IMG/VR virus record: IMGVR_UViG_3300038393_002209
Location: 372 to 64,371 of that record
Reading direction: 5' to 3' (one strand)
Origin: a virus
Lineage: Duplodnaviria > Caudoviricetes
Length of the DNA stretch: 64,000 bases
Part shown: piece after piece, positions 28,601 to 36,989 of the stretch
Position numbering within the stretch: the stretch's first letter is position 1
Layout of the letters: every line of letters begins with the position of its first letter
Program-made: the position numbers and the translations under genes
The notes under the pieces: model-generated
Told to the model about the DNA's origin: nothing
The model's input: only the letters and a program-made list of their open reading frames with translations
Databases searched by the model: none

Positions 28601-28891
28601 GGCGTCCAGTCCTACCGCCCCGGCGAGGTGCTCGACATGCGGGACTCCGACGCGATGGGGGCGTCCCGGTCCACGCGGCCCGACCGACGCCCCGGCGGAC
28701 GCGGAGGGCTCGCGGGCGTCCCCGGCATCGGCGGCCTGGCCGGCCTGGCCCCGACCCCCTCGCCGGCCGCCCTGGTGGCCGAGCGGACCCGGGAGCAGGC
28801 GAAGGCCAAGGCCGAGGCGACCGCCCAGGCCGAGCCCCCGCCGCGGGTCCTGCCCCCGCCCGTGCCCCCGGATGACGAGGAGGACGCCTGA
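25637..28891 (+). CDS. tail tip/hub protein with Gly/Thr-rich repeat insertions
   Basis: 1084 aa after TMP; repeated GGSGY...GGGGSGATATATV units. Confidence 0.75.
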   Translation: MATELKVNGSVVNRATSRISLGRWVVFERGGMPRLSFRRYAQSLQTLPYPGEGDEVQLLVDGVLRFTGDVRACEPVKQAKRRWEYRYEAEGIRARGDRFPVTEEQDGSDRIVYNRPRLDPLWLPGRAGRSVGHIITSALEQATNKANLIRYGLGNLVPGDGGAAHAVLSGYAVGSVVVDAGGSGYDPANPPTVLLVGGGGSGATATATVSGGVVTGITVTSGGSGYRWPPIVVVSTLPPTTLNDLARMDLVPPRSVTVGGERFLQAVGDFARDWYPNHDLHVEPDGTIRFLDQRRSAGPEVVVSGDGFGAVVRAVVDPLTGGLTGAEVIDGGVNYTTASASVVGGGGTGATVSVTVSGGQVVTASVGTAGSGYYEGSTLTLWHGIQPIEAPAIQRNHSDCYGRVVVRGHDYVLGALLTQGAGQLVEKFDHDGLTSAQAKTKYDPREALTPGQGPGGARATAIMAKAAVASVTVTAGGSGFTSAPTLKWTGGGGTTLTMTATVSGGKITAVTVNSSSSDFSLPPTIYIDNTANGGGWGATFTANLAARAVSSIQLDAGGYAYTSAPQVRIKGGGGSGATATAALTGDAVSSLTLTAGGTGYTTVPRVVIGAPKGPGYDTGAVLSVTDFSNIVVQSDDDTKIWPANHWDQTDAGRHGVLLLTETTGTGIDNHYQTEVISNGGLAAGGSTTLTLDPPLPHNRFDRYELYGVSGGSSVVYRRYTVNDPVASSMTNEQFTFAAPFHDPSGNAATLTWFNTAAILWSSTGQPPYMSGPLEFEIDPDAGTITFARPVYTLFGTPSKHRKGELDGVPSDIAVLVGVNQKALTTAYPPDDAITGDPVFEGSAFDLLGLQETLTVTVDGWRDKVGTDNMAKLAKEWHDAVKDIHVDGVVQWLGSYFPPALAPGLALSVRGYNGAEYDTGMESMAIPVTRVECEFSPDGPLPVTVSMQVSNRRYHLSAAAFVTTPAQAEPIGIPGGVFQAAAMQYGGMVGVQSYRPGEVLDMRDSDAMGASRSTRPDRRPGGRGGLAGVPGIGGLAGLAPTPSPAALVAERTREQAKAKAEATAQAEPPPRVLPPPVPPDDEEDA
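28459..28471. promoter_or_regulatory. 13-bp dispersed palindrome, copy 7 (intragenic)
   Basis: GGTAACGGTTTCC. Confidence 0.75.
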
Positions 28892-29046
28892 TGCGATCCC
28901 CGCAGTCCGACCTGATCGAGAAGCTCGAACGCCGTGTGGCCGAGTGCGAGCGACGCCTGGACGACCTCTACCGGGAACGCGAGGAACTCCGCCAGGAGGC
29001 GGAGCGGCTCCGCACCCGCGTCCGCGAGCTGGTGGGCAGGCCATGA
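28891..29046 (+). CDS. 51-aa coiled-coil peptide
   Basis: MRSPQSDLIEKLERRVAECERRLDDL...; TGATG and ATGA coupling on both sides. Confidence 0.65.
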   Translation: MRSPQSDLIEKLERRVAECERRLDDLYREREELRQEAERLRTRVRELVGRP

Positions 29047-30548
29047 GCGACCTCGAATCCCTGGAACGCCGGGTCGAGGAGGTCGAGCGACGCCTGGACC
29101 TCCTGGACATGAACCGGGGCGAGTTCGCCCGCATCCGGCAGTCCCTTCGGGCCGTCGGGTCGGCCCAGTACGTCCTGGAGGAGGACGAGACGATCCAGGA
29201 CGTCGTGGACAACCCCCCGGTCGCCCTGGGCAACGTCTGCGTCCACGTCGAGGGCCTGGAGGACCACCTGCCGGTCGCGGGGGCCACCGTCGAGATCCTC
29301 CTGAACACCGGCCCCACGGTGCTCTACAGCGGCACGACCGACGCCTCGGGGAACTACTGCACGCCGCCCAGGGCCTCGGGGGTCAACTACACGGTCAAGA
29401 TCACGACTACCGACCCCTGGGGCTCCAGCTTCTTCAAGACCTTCGGCACCTTCGGCTGGCCGGCGGCCGGCGTCACGGACACCCGGAACTACGGCGTCTG
29501 CTGCTACAAGGTGATCTTCGTCGTCAACGACACCAACGGCGACGCCGTATCGGGGGCTCTCGTGCCGACCCCCTCGAACGGGTTCTGCTCCAACATCGAC
29601 CTCTCGGCCGAGAGCCCGGCCGGGACCTACACCCGGCGGTCGCGGACCATCGTCGCCCTGCCGGCCTCGTGCACGATGCCGTTCACGCTCGACGACTGGT
29701 CGATCAGCAAGGACGTCGGGCTCTGCGACCTCGACGACCCCAATCGGCGTCTCGCCTACTGCCAGTTCGACGGCTCGGACCCGATCACGGTCCATTGCGG
29801 CGACACGATCACGAAGAACGTCACCATGCAGGCCCTCGACCCGGACTACATCCCCCTGAACTGCGGCCTCATGACCTGCACCGACATGCAGTTCGGCGGC
29901 CCGCCCGCCGACGGGACGCCGCACAACGGCCTCGACTACCGGGCGGCGGCCAAGGTGCTCCACGCCACCGTGACGGCCTCGGCCCCCTCGAACCTCTTCG
30001 GCGGCCTGATCGGGACGCCCGTCACCCTCAACTGGGCGGGGGCCGGCCGGGGCTCCGGCGGCTGCGACGCCTACATCTGGGAGTCGGGCTGCCTGGGGAT
30101 ACCCACGATCGCCTACGACTGCTGGCGGGTCTCCAAGGCCACCGGGTCCAGGGTCGACCTCTACCCGGTCTCCAGCGGCGTGTTCTCGTCCTGCCGGGTC
30201 CGGCTCACGGGCACGCAGTTGGAGTTCTTCTGCTACCCCCTCGGGGGATGCCTGTGGGGCAACCCCTGCCCGCCCGAGGACGACGTCTACCGGTACGAGA
30301 TGCAGGTCCAGAACGCCTCCCCCTGCTACGTCCAGGGCCAGTTCACCACCTACGGCTCCCAGTATTGGGACGGCACCGACCTCGTCAACAACAACCCGGC
30401 CACCTGGATCAAGCTCAACATCGTGGACGGCGTGGCGTACAACCGCTGCCACCCGACCTACCTCCCGATGGGTCCGCAGTCGGCGAACGTGCCGGGGTGC
30501 AGCCCCGCCGAGCACAACATCCCGATCCACTGCGAGGTGACGGAATGA
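29043..30548 (+). CDS. Cys-rich tail fibre / receptor-binding candidate
   Basis: N-terminal coiled coil, PVAGATVEI...GTTDASGNY beta-sandwich, about 22 Cys. Confidence 0.55.
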   Translation: MSDLESLERRVEEVERRLDLLDMNRGEFARIRQSLRAVGSAQYVLEEDETIQDVVDNPPVALGNVCVHVEGLEDHLPVAGATVEILLNTGPTVLYSGTTDASGNYCTPPRASGVNYTVKITTTDPWGSSFFKTFGTFGWPAAGVTDTRNYGVCCYKVIFVVNDTNGDAVSGALVPTPSNGFCSNIDLSAESPAGTYTRRSRTIVALPASCTMPFTLDDWSISKDVGLCDLDDPNRRLAYCQFDGSDPITVHCGDTITKNVTMQALDPDYIPLNCGLMTCTDMQFGGPPADGTPHNGLDYRAAAKVLHATVTASAPSNLFGGLIGTPVTLNWAGAGRGSGGCDAYIWESGCLGIPTIAYDCWRVSKATGSRVDLYPVSSGVFSSCRVRLTGTQLEFFCYPLGGCLWGNPCPPEDDVYRYEMQVQNASPCYVQGQFTTYGSQYWDGTDLVNNNPATWIKLNIVDGVAYNRCHPTYLPMGPQSANVPGCSPAEHNIPIHCEVTE

Positions 30549-31840
30549 TCCGCATCGACACCGGACGATGCGACCATTGCCCGGCCCGGGACCTGGGTTG
30601 GTGCCACGGATTGACGAATCCCCGCATGTGCCAGCTCGCGGAGGACGGCAAGCCCGGCAACGCCCGCATGATCCGGGGGCTCTCGGCGAACGGGCCGGCC
30701 GAGCCCGCGAGGCCGAGGTGGGCACCCCGGCCCGGGGCCGAGGGTCCGGTGTCCGTCGGGTTCCTCCGGCACTCGTGCGGCCGGCAGGGCGGGGTCGCCT
30801 CCTGGCACGACGCCCTGATCCCGGCCCTGGACCCGGCCCGCGTCCGCGTGGCCGGGGAGGCCGTCCTGGAGCCCGGCCGGGACGACGGCGAGGCCCGCGA
30901 CCTGGCCTCGCGGTGCGAGGTGCTCGTCTGCTGCGGCCTCGACCCGGCGGGGGTCCTGCCCGCGGGGGACGCCCGCCCCTGCGTCGTCATGGTCGGGCAC
31001 GGCCAGGCCGGCGACCGGCACACCGAGACCTGGATGGAGGCCGCCCGGAAGACCGGGGACCGCTGGGCCGTCGTCCACGCCTGCGGCCTGCCCACCGTGC
31101 CGATCGAGCACCGGGACCGGGCCGAGGTGCTGGAGAACGGCTACGACCCCAGCCGCGTCGAATCCACGCTCACGAGGCAGGAGGCCCGGGCGAGGCTGGG
31201 CCTGGACCCGGGCGTGTTCGCCATCGGGTTCATCGGGCGGCTCGCGTCAGAAAAACGCCCCGAACTCCTGACGGGGGCCATCCGCCATCTCGACCGGAGG
31301 CGGTTCCGCCTGGTCGTGGCCGGCGACGGCCCGGCCCGGCTCGGCGACTACGGCCAGACCGACCGCGTCCTGCGACTCGGCTGGAGGGACGACGTGGCGG
31401 ACATCCTGGCGGCCCTCGACTGCCTGGCCAGCCCCTCGGAGGTCGAGGGGTTCGGGCTCTCGATGGTCGAGGCGATGGCGGCCGGGGTGCCCGTCGTCGG
31501 CACGCCCCGCGGCGTCCTGGCCACCCGCCCCGAACTCGCCCGGATCGTGCCCGTCGAGGACGGCCCGGCGGAGTGGGCCAGGGCCTTGGCCTACGAGCGG
31601 CTGGAGGCCGGCCCGCGGGCCGAGCGAGCCGAAAAAGCCCGCGGGGTGGCCCGCCGGACCTGGAGCCCCGAGGCGTTCGGCCGGCGGTGGTCCCGGTTCC
31701 TCTGGAGGGCCGCCCGGGTCCACCCCGACGCCGAGACCGCGATGGACCTGGCCGCCCGGCGGGAGCGGAACCAGGCCCTCGGCGGCGGGTGCGGGTGCCA
31801 CGGCAAGGCGGTAACTGTTACCGCCGCACCCGTCCCTTGA
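30545..31840 (+). CDS. GT-B glycosyltransferase (GT4-like)
   Basis: FIGRLASEKRP...LVVAGDGP...SEVEGFGLSMVEAMAAGVPVV. Confidence 0.9.
   Translation: MIRIDTGRCDHCPARDLGWCHGLTNPRMCQLAEDGKPGNARMIRGLSANGPAEPARPRWAPRPGAEGPVSVGFLRHSCGRQGGVASWHDALIPALDPARVRVAGEAVLEPGRDDGEARDLASRCEVLVCCGLDPAGVLPAGDARPCVVMVGHGQAGDRHTETWMEAARKTGDRWAVVHACGLPTVPIEHRDRAEVLENGYDPSRVESTLTRQEARARLGLDPGVFAIGFIGRLASEKRPELLTGAIRHLDRRRFRLVVAGDGPARLGDYGQTDRVLRLGWRDDVADILAALDCLASPSEVEGFGLSMVEAMAAGVPVVGTPRGVLATRPELARIVPVEDGPAEWARALAYERLEAGPRAERAEKARGVARRTWSPEAFGRRWSRFLWRAARVHPDAETAMDLAARRERNQALGGGCGCHGKAVTVTAAPVP
31810..31822. promoter_or_regulatory. 13-bp dispersed palindrome, copy 8 (convergent junction)
   Basis: GGTAACTGTTACC within GGCGGTAA-CTG-TTACCGCC; contains the TAA stop of the sigma gene. 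Confidence 0.75.
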
Positions 31841-32483
31841 CGGCCCGCGTGACGTCCCGCAGGGGCACCAGGAGGGCCTCGTCGGGCTCCAGCCCCATCT
31901 CGGCCGCCCTGGCGGCCATCTTGCGGCGGCAGTCCTCCCAGATCTGGGTGATCCGCTGCCGCGAGACCTCCATGCCGGCCCGCATCTGGTCGTGGGACCA
32001 GCCCGTGACGTACCGCACCGCGACCTTCCGCTCCACGGGGTTGAGGCAGTCCAGCAGGACGTGGACGAGTTCCCGGTCGTCGATCACTGGGCCTTCCGGA
32101 CGGGACCGGTCCACGAACTCCCGGGTGTGGTTCAGGTCCGCACCACGGCCCCGCTCCCCCTTCTGGGCGGCGGCGTCGCTCCTGATCGAGACCCGCTTCG
32201 GGGCCTCCCACGCCTTGTAGATGAAGCCCCGGGGACCCTGCCTGGCGACGGCCCTCTGGAGTTCCGAGGCGATGCACTTCCGGGCGTAGCGGCAGAAGCA
32301 CACCCCCTCGTCGTTGTCCAGGTTCAGGCCGGCCCGCATCAGCCCGTCCACGGCCGCGTCGTAGAGGGCGGTCAGGAGGTGCTTGGGCTTGCCCCGGGCG
32401 AAGTCCCTGGCCATCTTGAACGCCAGCGGCCGGTATCGCTCGACCAGGGACTGGCGGGATTCGGTGAGCTGCTCCACGGCCAT
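31818..32483 (-). CDS. sigma-70-family RNA polymerase sigma factor
   Basis: Region 2 (LVERYRPLAFKMA...DGLMRA...FCRYARKCI) and region 4 HTH (LNPVERKV...VSRQRITQI). Confidence 0.8.
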   Translation of the reverse strand: MAVEQLTESRQSLVERYRPLAFKMARDFARGKPKHLLTALYDAAVDGLMRAGLNLDNDEGVCFCRYARKCIASELQRAVARQGPRGFIYKAWEAPKRVSIRSDAAAQKGERGRGADLNHTREFVDRSRPEGPVIDDRELVHVLLDCLNPVERKVAVRYVTGWSHDQMRAGMEVSRQRITQIWEDCRRKMAARAAEMGLEPDEALLVPLRDVTRAVKGRVRR

Positions 32484-32500
32484 GTCGCCGCCTCCTGATA

Positions 32501-32851
32501 TCAGCGGGGTTGAATGTTGAGGCCCAGGGCCTTGGCCGACCGGCGGACGGCCGCCAGGAACCGCTCGTACACCGGCATCGCCATGTGGAACGCCGGCCAG
32601 TCGCGGCGTCGGTAGGCGTCGTCGGCCTTGCGGCCCATGTACTGCTGCACGCGGAGCCGGGCCAGGAGGGCCGCCTCGGCCGGCGTGAGGCGGGCCATGA
32701 TGGTGGGCTCCCCCCGGTCCAGGGTGTTGCCCGTCTCGGCCGTCAGCTTCAGCCACTCGTCGAGGCCGGCCTCGCGGAGCGTCAGCTCCCCGGGGTCCGT
32801 CAGTCCGCCCGACTCCGCCTTCGACGCGATCAGGTCCAGGGAACCGATCAT
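32501..32851 (-). CDS. hypothetical protein
   Basis: MIGSLDLIASKAESGG..., GGAGG RBS and upstream promoter. Confidence 0.6.
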   Translation of the reverse strand: MIGSLDLIASKAESGGLTDPGELTLREAGLDEWLKLTAETGNTLDRGEPTIMARLTPAEAALLARLRVQQYMGRKADDAYRRRDWPAFHMAMPVYERFLAAVRRSAKALGLNIQPR

Positions 32852-32893
32852 GAGTCCGCCCTCCGCCGGGGTGAATCGCCACTCCACAGGTGG

Positions 32894-32921
32894 ATTATAC
32901 CTCCAGACTGGAATCTTTCAA
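32894..32921 (-). promoter_or_regulatory. sigma70-type promoter TTGAAA-16-TATAAT
   Basis: Minus-strand hexamers upstream of the sigma-factor operon. Confidence 0.65.
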
Positions 32922-32927
32922 GGGGCG

Positions 32928-33458
32928 ATGTCCCTGCAGGACGGTTTCGAGCGTAGAATGATCCTGTGGAGCGGACATCGACCCGTGGGAGGCCGGACGG
33001 TGCTGGAACGACACCTGACCGAGAGGGAGCTGGCCGACCTGGGGCCGCGGTTCCGCGAGGCCCTGGCGTGGCTCCGCCCGGGCAAGATGCTGGTCTTCCC
33101 CGGCGAGGACGGCCGCTCGATCCAACTGGTGATCGTCCACGGCTCGGACCTGGGCGAATACTTCGAACGGATGGACAAGGTCGCGGTCGAGATGGGCCGC
33201 CAGGAGCTGGAGGCCCGCATCGGCCGGATGGCCGAGGACGCCGAGAAACGGAGGGCCAAATGCGAGGCTGCGAGCGGAAGCACGCCATCGTCGACCCCGA
33301 GACCGGGTTCTTCGTCCAGAGGGGCGGCAAGCGGGTCGCCGCCTTCGGCGACTTCGCCGACCAGTCCGGCGTCCAGGCCGCCCTCTTCGACCGCATCCCC
33401 GAGGCCCGGTCCCGGCTCGCGTGGGCCAAGGACTGGGCGAAGCTCCGGGGGACCCTGA
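32928..33458 (+). CDS. hypothetical protein (3' third overlaps next ORF)
   Basis: First ~110 aa look protein-like; tail is S/P-rich. Confidence 0.5.
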   Translation: MSLQDGFERRMILWSGHRPVGGRTVLERHLTERELADLGPRFREALAWLRPGKMLVFPGEDGRSIQLVIVHGSDLGEYFERMDKVAVEMGRQELEARIGRMAEDAEKRRAKCEAASGSTPSSTPRPGSSSRGAASGSPPSATSPTSPASRPPSSTASPRPGPGSRGPRTGRSSGGP

Positions 33459-33541
33459 TCCAACTGGAGCGGTGCAAGATCGTCCGCGTCCGGGTGAGCT
33501 ACGAAGTCGAGGACTCGGATCAGATCAGGGGAGAATCATGA
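33260..33541 (+). CDS. hypothetical protein
   Basis: MRGCERKHAIVDPETGFF..., coupled to next gene. Confidence 0.55.
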   Translation: MRGCERKHAIVDPETGFFVQRGGKRVAAFGDFADQSGVQAALFDRIPEARSRLAWAKDWAKLRGTLIQLERCKIVRVRVSYEVEDSDQIRGES

Positions 33542-33822
33542 TCGAATTGATCTGCGTCGGCGTCGTCCTGGGCTCCGTCGCGGTCGGGGCGGTCGCCTCC
33601 TACTTCTGGACCTGCGACCTCTGCATCAAGTCGTCCGACAAGAGGGCCGAGTCGATCCACAGCCTCTACCGCGATCAACGCCGCGAGGCGGCCGGGGCCG
33701 CCATGAAGGCCGGGCGGGTCGGCTACGAGGTCGGCCTGGCCGAGGGGTTGAGGCGGGGCCGCGACGACCTGATCGGCTCGATCCGGGGGATCATCCCCGA
33801 GTTCCGGCCGCCCGAGGAGTGA
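33538..33822 (+). CDS. small membrane-anchored protein
   Basis: N-terminal hydrophobic helix. Confidence 0.6.
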   Translation: MIELICVGVVLGSVAVGAVASYFWTCDLCIKSSDKRAESIHSLYRDQRREAAGAAMKAGRVGYEVGLAEGLRRGRDDLIGSIRGIIPEFRPPEE

Positions 33823-33882
33823 ACCATGCGACGCATCGCCTCCGGTTTCCCGTAGCGGCAATCCCGCCGCGGGAGTCGAGAC

Positions 33883-34143
33883 ATGAGCTGGCGAGACAAG
33901 AATCAGCCCGTCGATCTGAATGACCACTGGTTCGGGCAGACTTGGTTCGGCGGGGTCCGCCACCGCGGGCGTTGGCTCCGCAGGCCCCGGACCACCCAGG
34001 AGCGTCGGGCCTGGGACCCCGAGTTCGGCCGGGCCAAGCGGAGCCCTTGCCGGCTCCCCCAGGCGTGGGATGATATCCTCATCCAGAGCCAGGAGAGCCG
34101 ATCCTGGAAGCGGCACCGCAGCACCCAGTACAAGGCGAGGTGA
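33883..34143 (+). CDS. basic hypothetical phage protein
   Basis: RRPRTTQERR...LPQAWDD...SWKRHRSTQYK pattern resembles a recurrent phage family. Confidence 0.6.
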   Translation: MSWRDKNQPVDLNDHWFGQTWFGGVRHRGRWLRRPRTTQERRAWDPEFGRAKRSPCRLPQAWDDILIQSQESRSWKRHRSTQYKAR

Positions 34144-34149
34144 ACGTCG

Positions 34150-34650
34150 ATGCGTCAGGCACTCCGCAAGGTGATCTCGGGCGGTCAGACCGGAGCCGAT
34201 CAAGCAGGCTGGCGGGCCGCCCGCCGCTTCGGCCTCCAGACCGGCGGGGCCATGCCCCTCGGGTTCCTGACCGAGGACGGACCCCGCCCGGACTTCGCCG
34301 ACGACTTCGGGGCCGTCCAGCACCCGAGCCCGCAGTACCCGCCCAGGACCCGCGTCAACGCCACCGCGGCCGACGCGACCATCTGGTTCGGCTCCGGCGA
34401 CAGCCGGGGCCGGGCCTGCACCCTCAAGCACGCCGGCCGGTTCCTGGCCGAGATCGCCTTCGAGGAGCAGTGGGACCCCGGCCACGTCGCGGGCCTCATC
34501 GCCTCGAACGGCGTGGCCATCCTCAACGTCGCCGGCAACCGCGAGTCGTCGTCGCCGGGGATCGGTGAATGGGTCGAGAGATACCTATGCGAAGTCTTCG
34601 TTCAGATGAGGATCTGGGGATTGATCGAGAAGGGCCAGGGCCTGGGATAG
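34150..34650 (+). CDS. SLOG-family / putative molybdenum-carrier-like (YpsA-like) protein
   Basis: KVISGGQTGAD...RTRVN...ILNVAGNRES. Confidence 0.8.
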   Translation: MRQALRKVISGGQTGADQAGWRAARRFGLQTGGAMPLGFLTEDGPRPDFADDFGAVQHPSPQYPPRTRVNATAADATIWFGSGDSRGRACTLKHAGRFLAEIAFEEQWDPGHVAGLIASNGVAILNVAGNRESSSPGIGEWVERYLCEVFVQMRIWGLIEKGQGLG

Positions 34651-34848
34651 CCCAAGGGATTCCGATCCGGTGGTTCAAGCAAGTGAGTTTCTAAGGTTGC
34701 CGAACGGCCAGACCTGCTGATACAATGGACACACTGGCCGTGCGCCCATCACCGCACCGATACGCCAACAGCACAGGGCTTCGAGCCGCTCTTCCCATTC
34801 CCCGAGGTGTGATGGCTCCCTCGTCGAACATCTTTCGCGGCAATCCAC

Positions 34849-35664
34849 ATGCAATTTCGAGTAACCTTCAAGGGCTTCGAGATCGTCTCCCAAACCATCC
34901 AGAGCACCGGACATTCCCAAGACCATCTGGTCGCTCGGGTCTACTTCGACCTCGTCGTGAACGGGCGGGAGTACACGGACGCCTGCATTGAGTGCAGACA
35001 GCCGTTCGGCACCGATTACAGTGTCGAGCCCATCGAGGTCCGGCTCGCGCCCGAATCGTCGTACAACGGGCCGTTCCCGCTCAATACGTTCAGCGGCGAA
35101 CTGGACCGGTACTACCGGGCTCACGTCGGCGGCAGTGGGAGACTGATCAAGTATGGCCTCGGCATGGAGATCAACATCGAGGAAGCGGTGATGTCCTCGG
35201 CGGACGGGCCGCACGATCTTGAGCTTGACGATGTTGCGGGCGGATGGACTCTCACCCATGACTTCGTCCGCATGCCGACGCCACCACCCGGCCAACAGCG
35301 GACCAGCCCCATCCCGAAGCTCAACCGCGAATTCAGGATTCGTTCCCTGGCGTCACGACCAACCGGTCAGCCAGAGCCGCCACTCATCGTGCACGATGAC
35401 GAGACATTCATGAACCAGACTGTCGTGCTGGACGGTCATGCATTCAATAACTGTAAATTTGTGTCATGTGTTATTGTTTACAATGGAACCCATGTAACCC
35501 AAATGGTTAATCCGTCCTTCTTTGAAGAGAATAAATGGTCTCTGGAAGGCCCCGCCAAAAGGACTCTCCAGTTCCTCCAAGCCCTGCATACCGAGGGGGG
35601 CTACATGAAGGATATGGTGGATCTGCTCGTCAACAAAATCCGAAGCGGAGTGAACGACATCTAG
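34849..35664 (+). CDS. lower-GC accessory (moron-like) hypothetical protein
   Basis: 271 aa; AT-rich codons, especially 35400-35600. Confidence 0.65.
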   Translation: MQFRVTFKGFEIVSQTIQSTGHSQDHLVARVYFDLVVNGREYTDACIECRQPFGTDYSVEPIEVRLAPESSYNGPFPLNTFSGELDRYYRAHVGGSGRLIKYGLGMEINIEEAVMSSADGPHDLELDDVAGGWTLTHDFVRMPTPPPGQQRTSPIPKLNREFRIRSLASRPTGQPEPPLIVHDDETFMNQTVVLDGHAFNNCKFVSCVIVYNGTHVTQMVNPSFFEENKWSLEGPAKRTLQFLQALHTEGGYMKDMVDLLVNKIRSGVNDI

Positions 35665-35894
35665 CCCGAATCGCCTGGGAGGCGAGTCTCTGGATCTGAC
35701 GTCAGCCAGGCCCAGGGGTAACGCTTACCGGCCAGCCACGCCCGGACCTCGGCCCAGGTCTTGCCCCGCATCCAACGCAGGATCGGGGCGGGATCGACGC
35801 ATTCGAGCCGGCCATGCATCCAACGGAACGAGGCCGCCGCGACGTAATGCGGGGCCTCGATCCGGAGCCATCGGTCGCCGGGCCGGACGTCCAT
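35661..35894 (-). CDS. small hypothetical protein
   Basis: MDVRPGDRWLRIEAPHYVAA... Confidence 0.6.
   Translation of the reverse strand: MDVRPGDRWLRIEAPHYVAAASFRWMHGRLECVDPAPILRWMRGKTWAEVRAWLAGKRYPWAWLTSDPETRLPGDSG
35717..35729. promoter_or_regulatory. 13-bp dispersed palindrome, copy 9
   Basis: GGTAACGCTTACC. Confidence 0.75.
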
Positions 35895-36277
35895 CACGGG
35901 ACCTCGATCCCGTAGACGGTGCCCGAGAGCGGCCCCCTGAAGTACCGCACCGTGATCGGGTCCCCGACCTTGAGGGACGCCCAGCGGACGGCCTTGGTCC
36001 GGGCGGTGCCGGCGTCGCCCGGCACGCGGAAGACGACCAGCCACCGCTCCGCCGTCGAGGACGACATGACCACGGGCCGGACCCGCCCATTGCTGCCGAA
36101 GGTCACGCCCGAGGACACGGCATGCGAGCCCGCCTGGTGCTCCAGGGACACCACCTCGCCCGGGACGTCCTCGGGCTGCGCCGAGGCCGCGTCGTAGGCG
36201 CCCAAGCCGACCATCGCCAGGATCATCAGGATCACCAGGACCACGGCCAGCTCGATCAGGGTGAAGCCCCGTCTCAT
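35894..36277 (-). CDS. prepilin-type N-terminal cleavage/methylation protein with small beta C-terminal domain
   Basis: MRRG|FTLIELAVVLVILMIL: class III signal with G-1, F+1, E+5. Confidence 0.8.
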   Translation of the reverse strand: MRRGFTLIELAVVLVILMILAMVGLGAYDAASAQPEDVPGEVVSLEHQAGSHAVSSGVTFGSNGRVRPVVMSSSTAERWLVVFRVPGDAGTARTKAVRWASLKVGDPITVRYFRGPLSGTVYGIEVP

Positions 36278-36281
36278 CGGA

Positions 36282-36500
36282 TCATCCTTTCCCGTCAGTG
36301 GTGTGACGATACAGCCGACTCAGGAAATCCGCGGCCAGGTCGTACTCCTGGACCGCCTTCTCGGCCTCGTCGATCGAGGCGAACCGGGTGGGCCTCCACG
36401 GCCCGTTGTGGCCGACGCGGACCTGGACGGACCCGTCCTCCGCGTCCCGCAGCTCGATCTGGTGGGGAGTGCCGAAGTGGAAGCGGTGGCAGATCAGCAT
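36282..36500 (-). CDS. small hypothetical protein
   Basis: MLICHRFHFGTPHQIEL..., GAGG RBS. Confidence 0.55.
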   Translation of the reverse strand: MLICHRFHFGTPHQIELRDAEDGSVQVRVGHNGPWRPTRFASIDEAEKAVQEYDLAADFLSRLYRHTTDGKG

Positions 36501-36694
36501 CGCGGCCTCCTCTTCAGCTTGAGCCTTCGGAGGGCACGGTAGCGGACGAAGAGGATGAACTCCCGGGTCATCCGGAAGTGCCGGAGGAGGCGTTCCTCGC
36601 ACCATGACAGCAGCATGAAGAACAGCATCACGCCGCCGAGCATGGTGGTCATGAAGCCCACGAAGAAGACCACGCCCAGGAGGGTGGAGATCAT
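36494..36694 (-). CDS. small membrane protein
   Basis: Long hydrophobic N-terminus, basic tail. Confidence 0.6.
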   Translation of the reverse strand: MISTLLGVVFFVGFMTTMLGGVMLFFMLLSWCEERLLRHFRMTREFILFVRYRALRRLKLKRRPRC

Positions 36695-36804
36695 CAGAGC
36701 CCCCTGGTGAGTTCGTTAATGAACCAGATGATGCCGCCGACGACGCCGACCAGGACCCCGAGGATCAAGGCCAGGGCGATGGCCACGCAGGACACGACGG
36801 TCAT
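36694..36804 (-). CDS. 36-aa single-TM peptide
   Basis: MTVVSCVAIALALILGVLVGVVGGIIWFINELTRGL; coupled. Confidence 0.55.
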   Translation of the reverse strand: MTVVSCVAIALALILGVLVGVVGGIIWFINELTRGL

Positions 36805-36974
36805 CGGGCCTCCTTCGCGGCGACGGTCCGGGCGGCGATGGCCAGGGTGATGAGGCTGAACCCCACGGCCCCGGTGAACATGCCGGCCGAGAAGCCCAGG
36901 AACGGGCTCCACCCCTGCTGCCAGAACCCCACGGCCCCCAGCAGGCCGTGGACGTAGGGGGCACTCAGTTTCAT
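36801..36974 (-). CDS. 57-aa membrane peptide
   Basis: MKLSAPYVHGLLGAVGFW...FSLITLAIAA; ATGA coupling. Confidence 0.5.
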   Translation of the reverse strand: MKLSAPYVHGLLGAVGFWQQGWSPFLGFSAGMFTGAVGFSLITLAIAARTVAAKEAR

Positions 36975-36989
36975 CACGATCTCCTCATA

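Noticed and set aside
25637-30548. Diversity-generating retroelement targeting the fibre
   Set aside because: No reverse transcriptase and no template/variable repeat pair seen
33260-33458. Programmed frameshift fusing the 32928 and 33260 ORFs
   Set aside because: A 200-nt overlap exists, but there is no clear slippery site and the second ORF has its own ATG after GAGG
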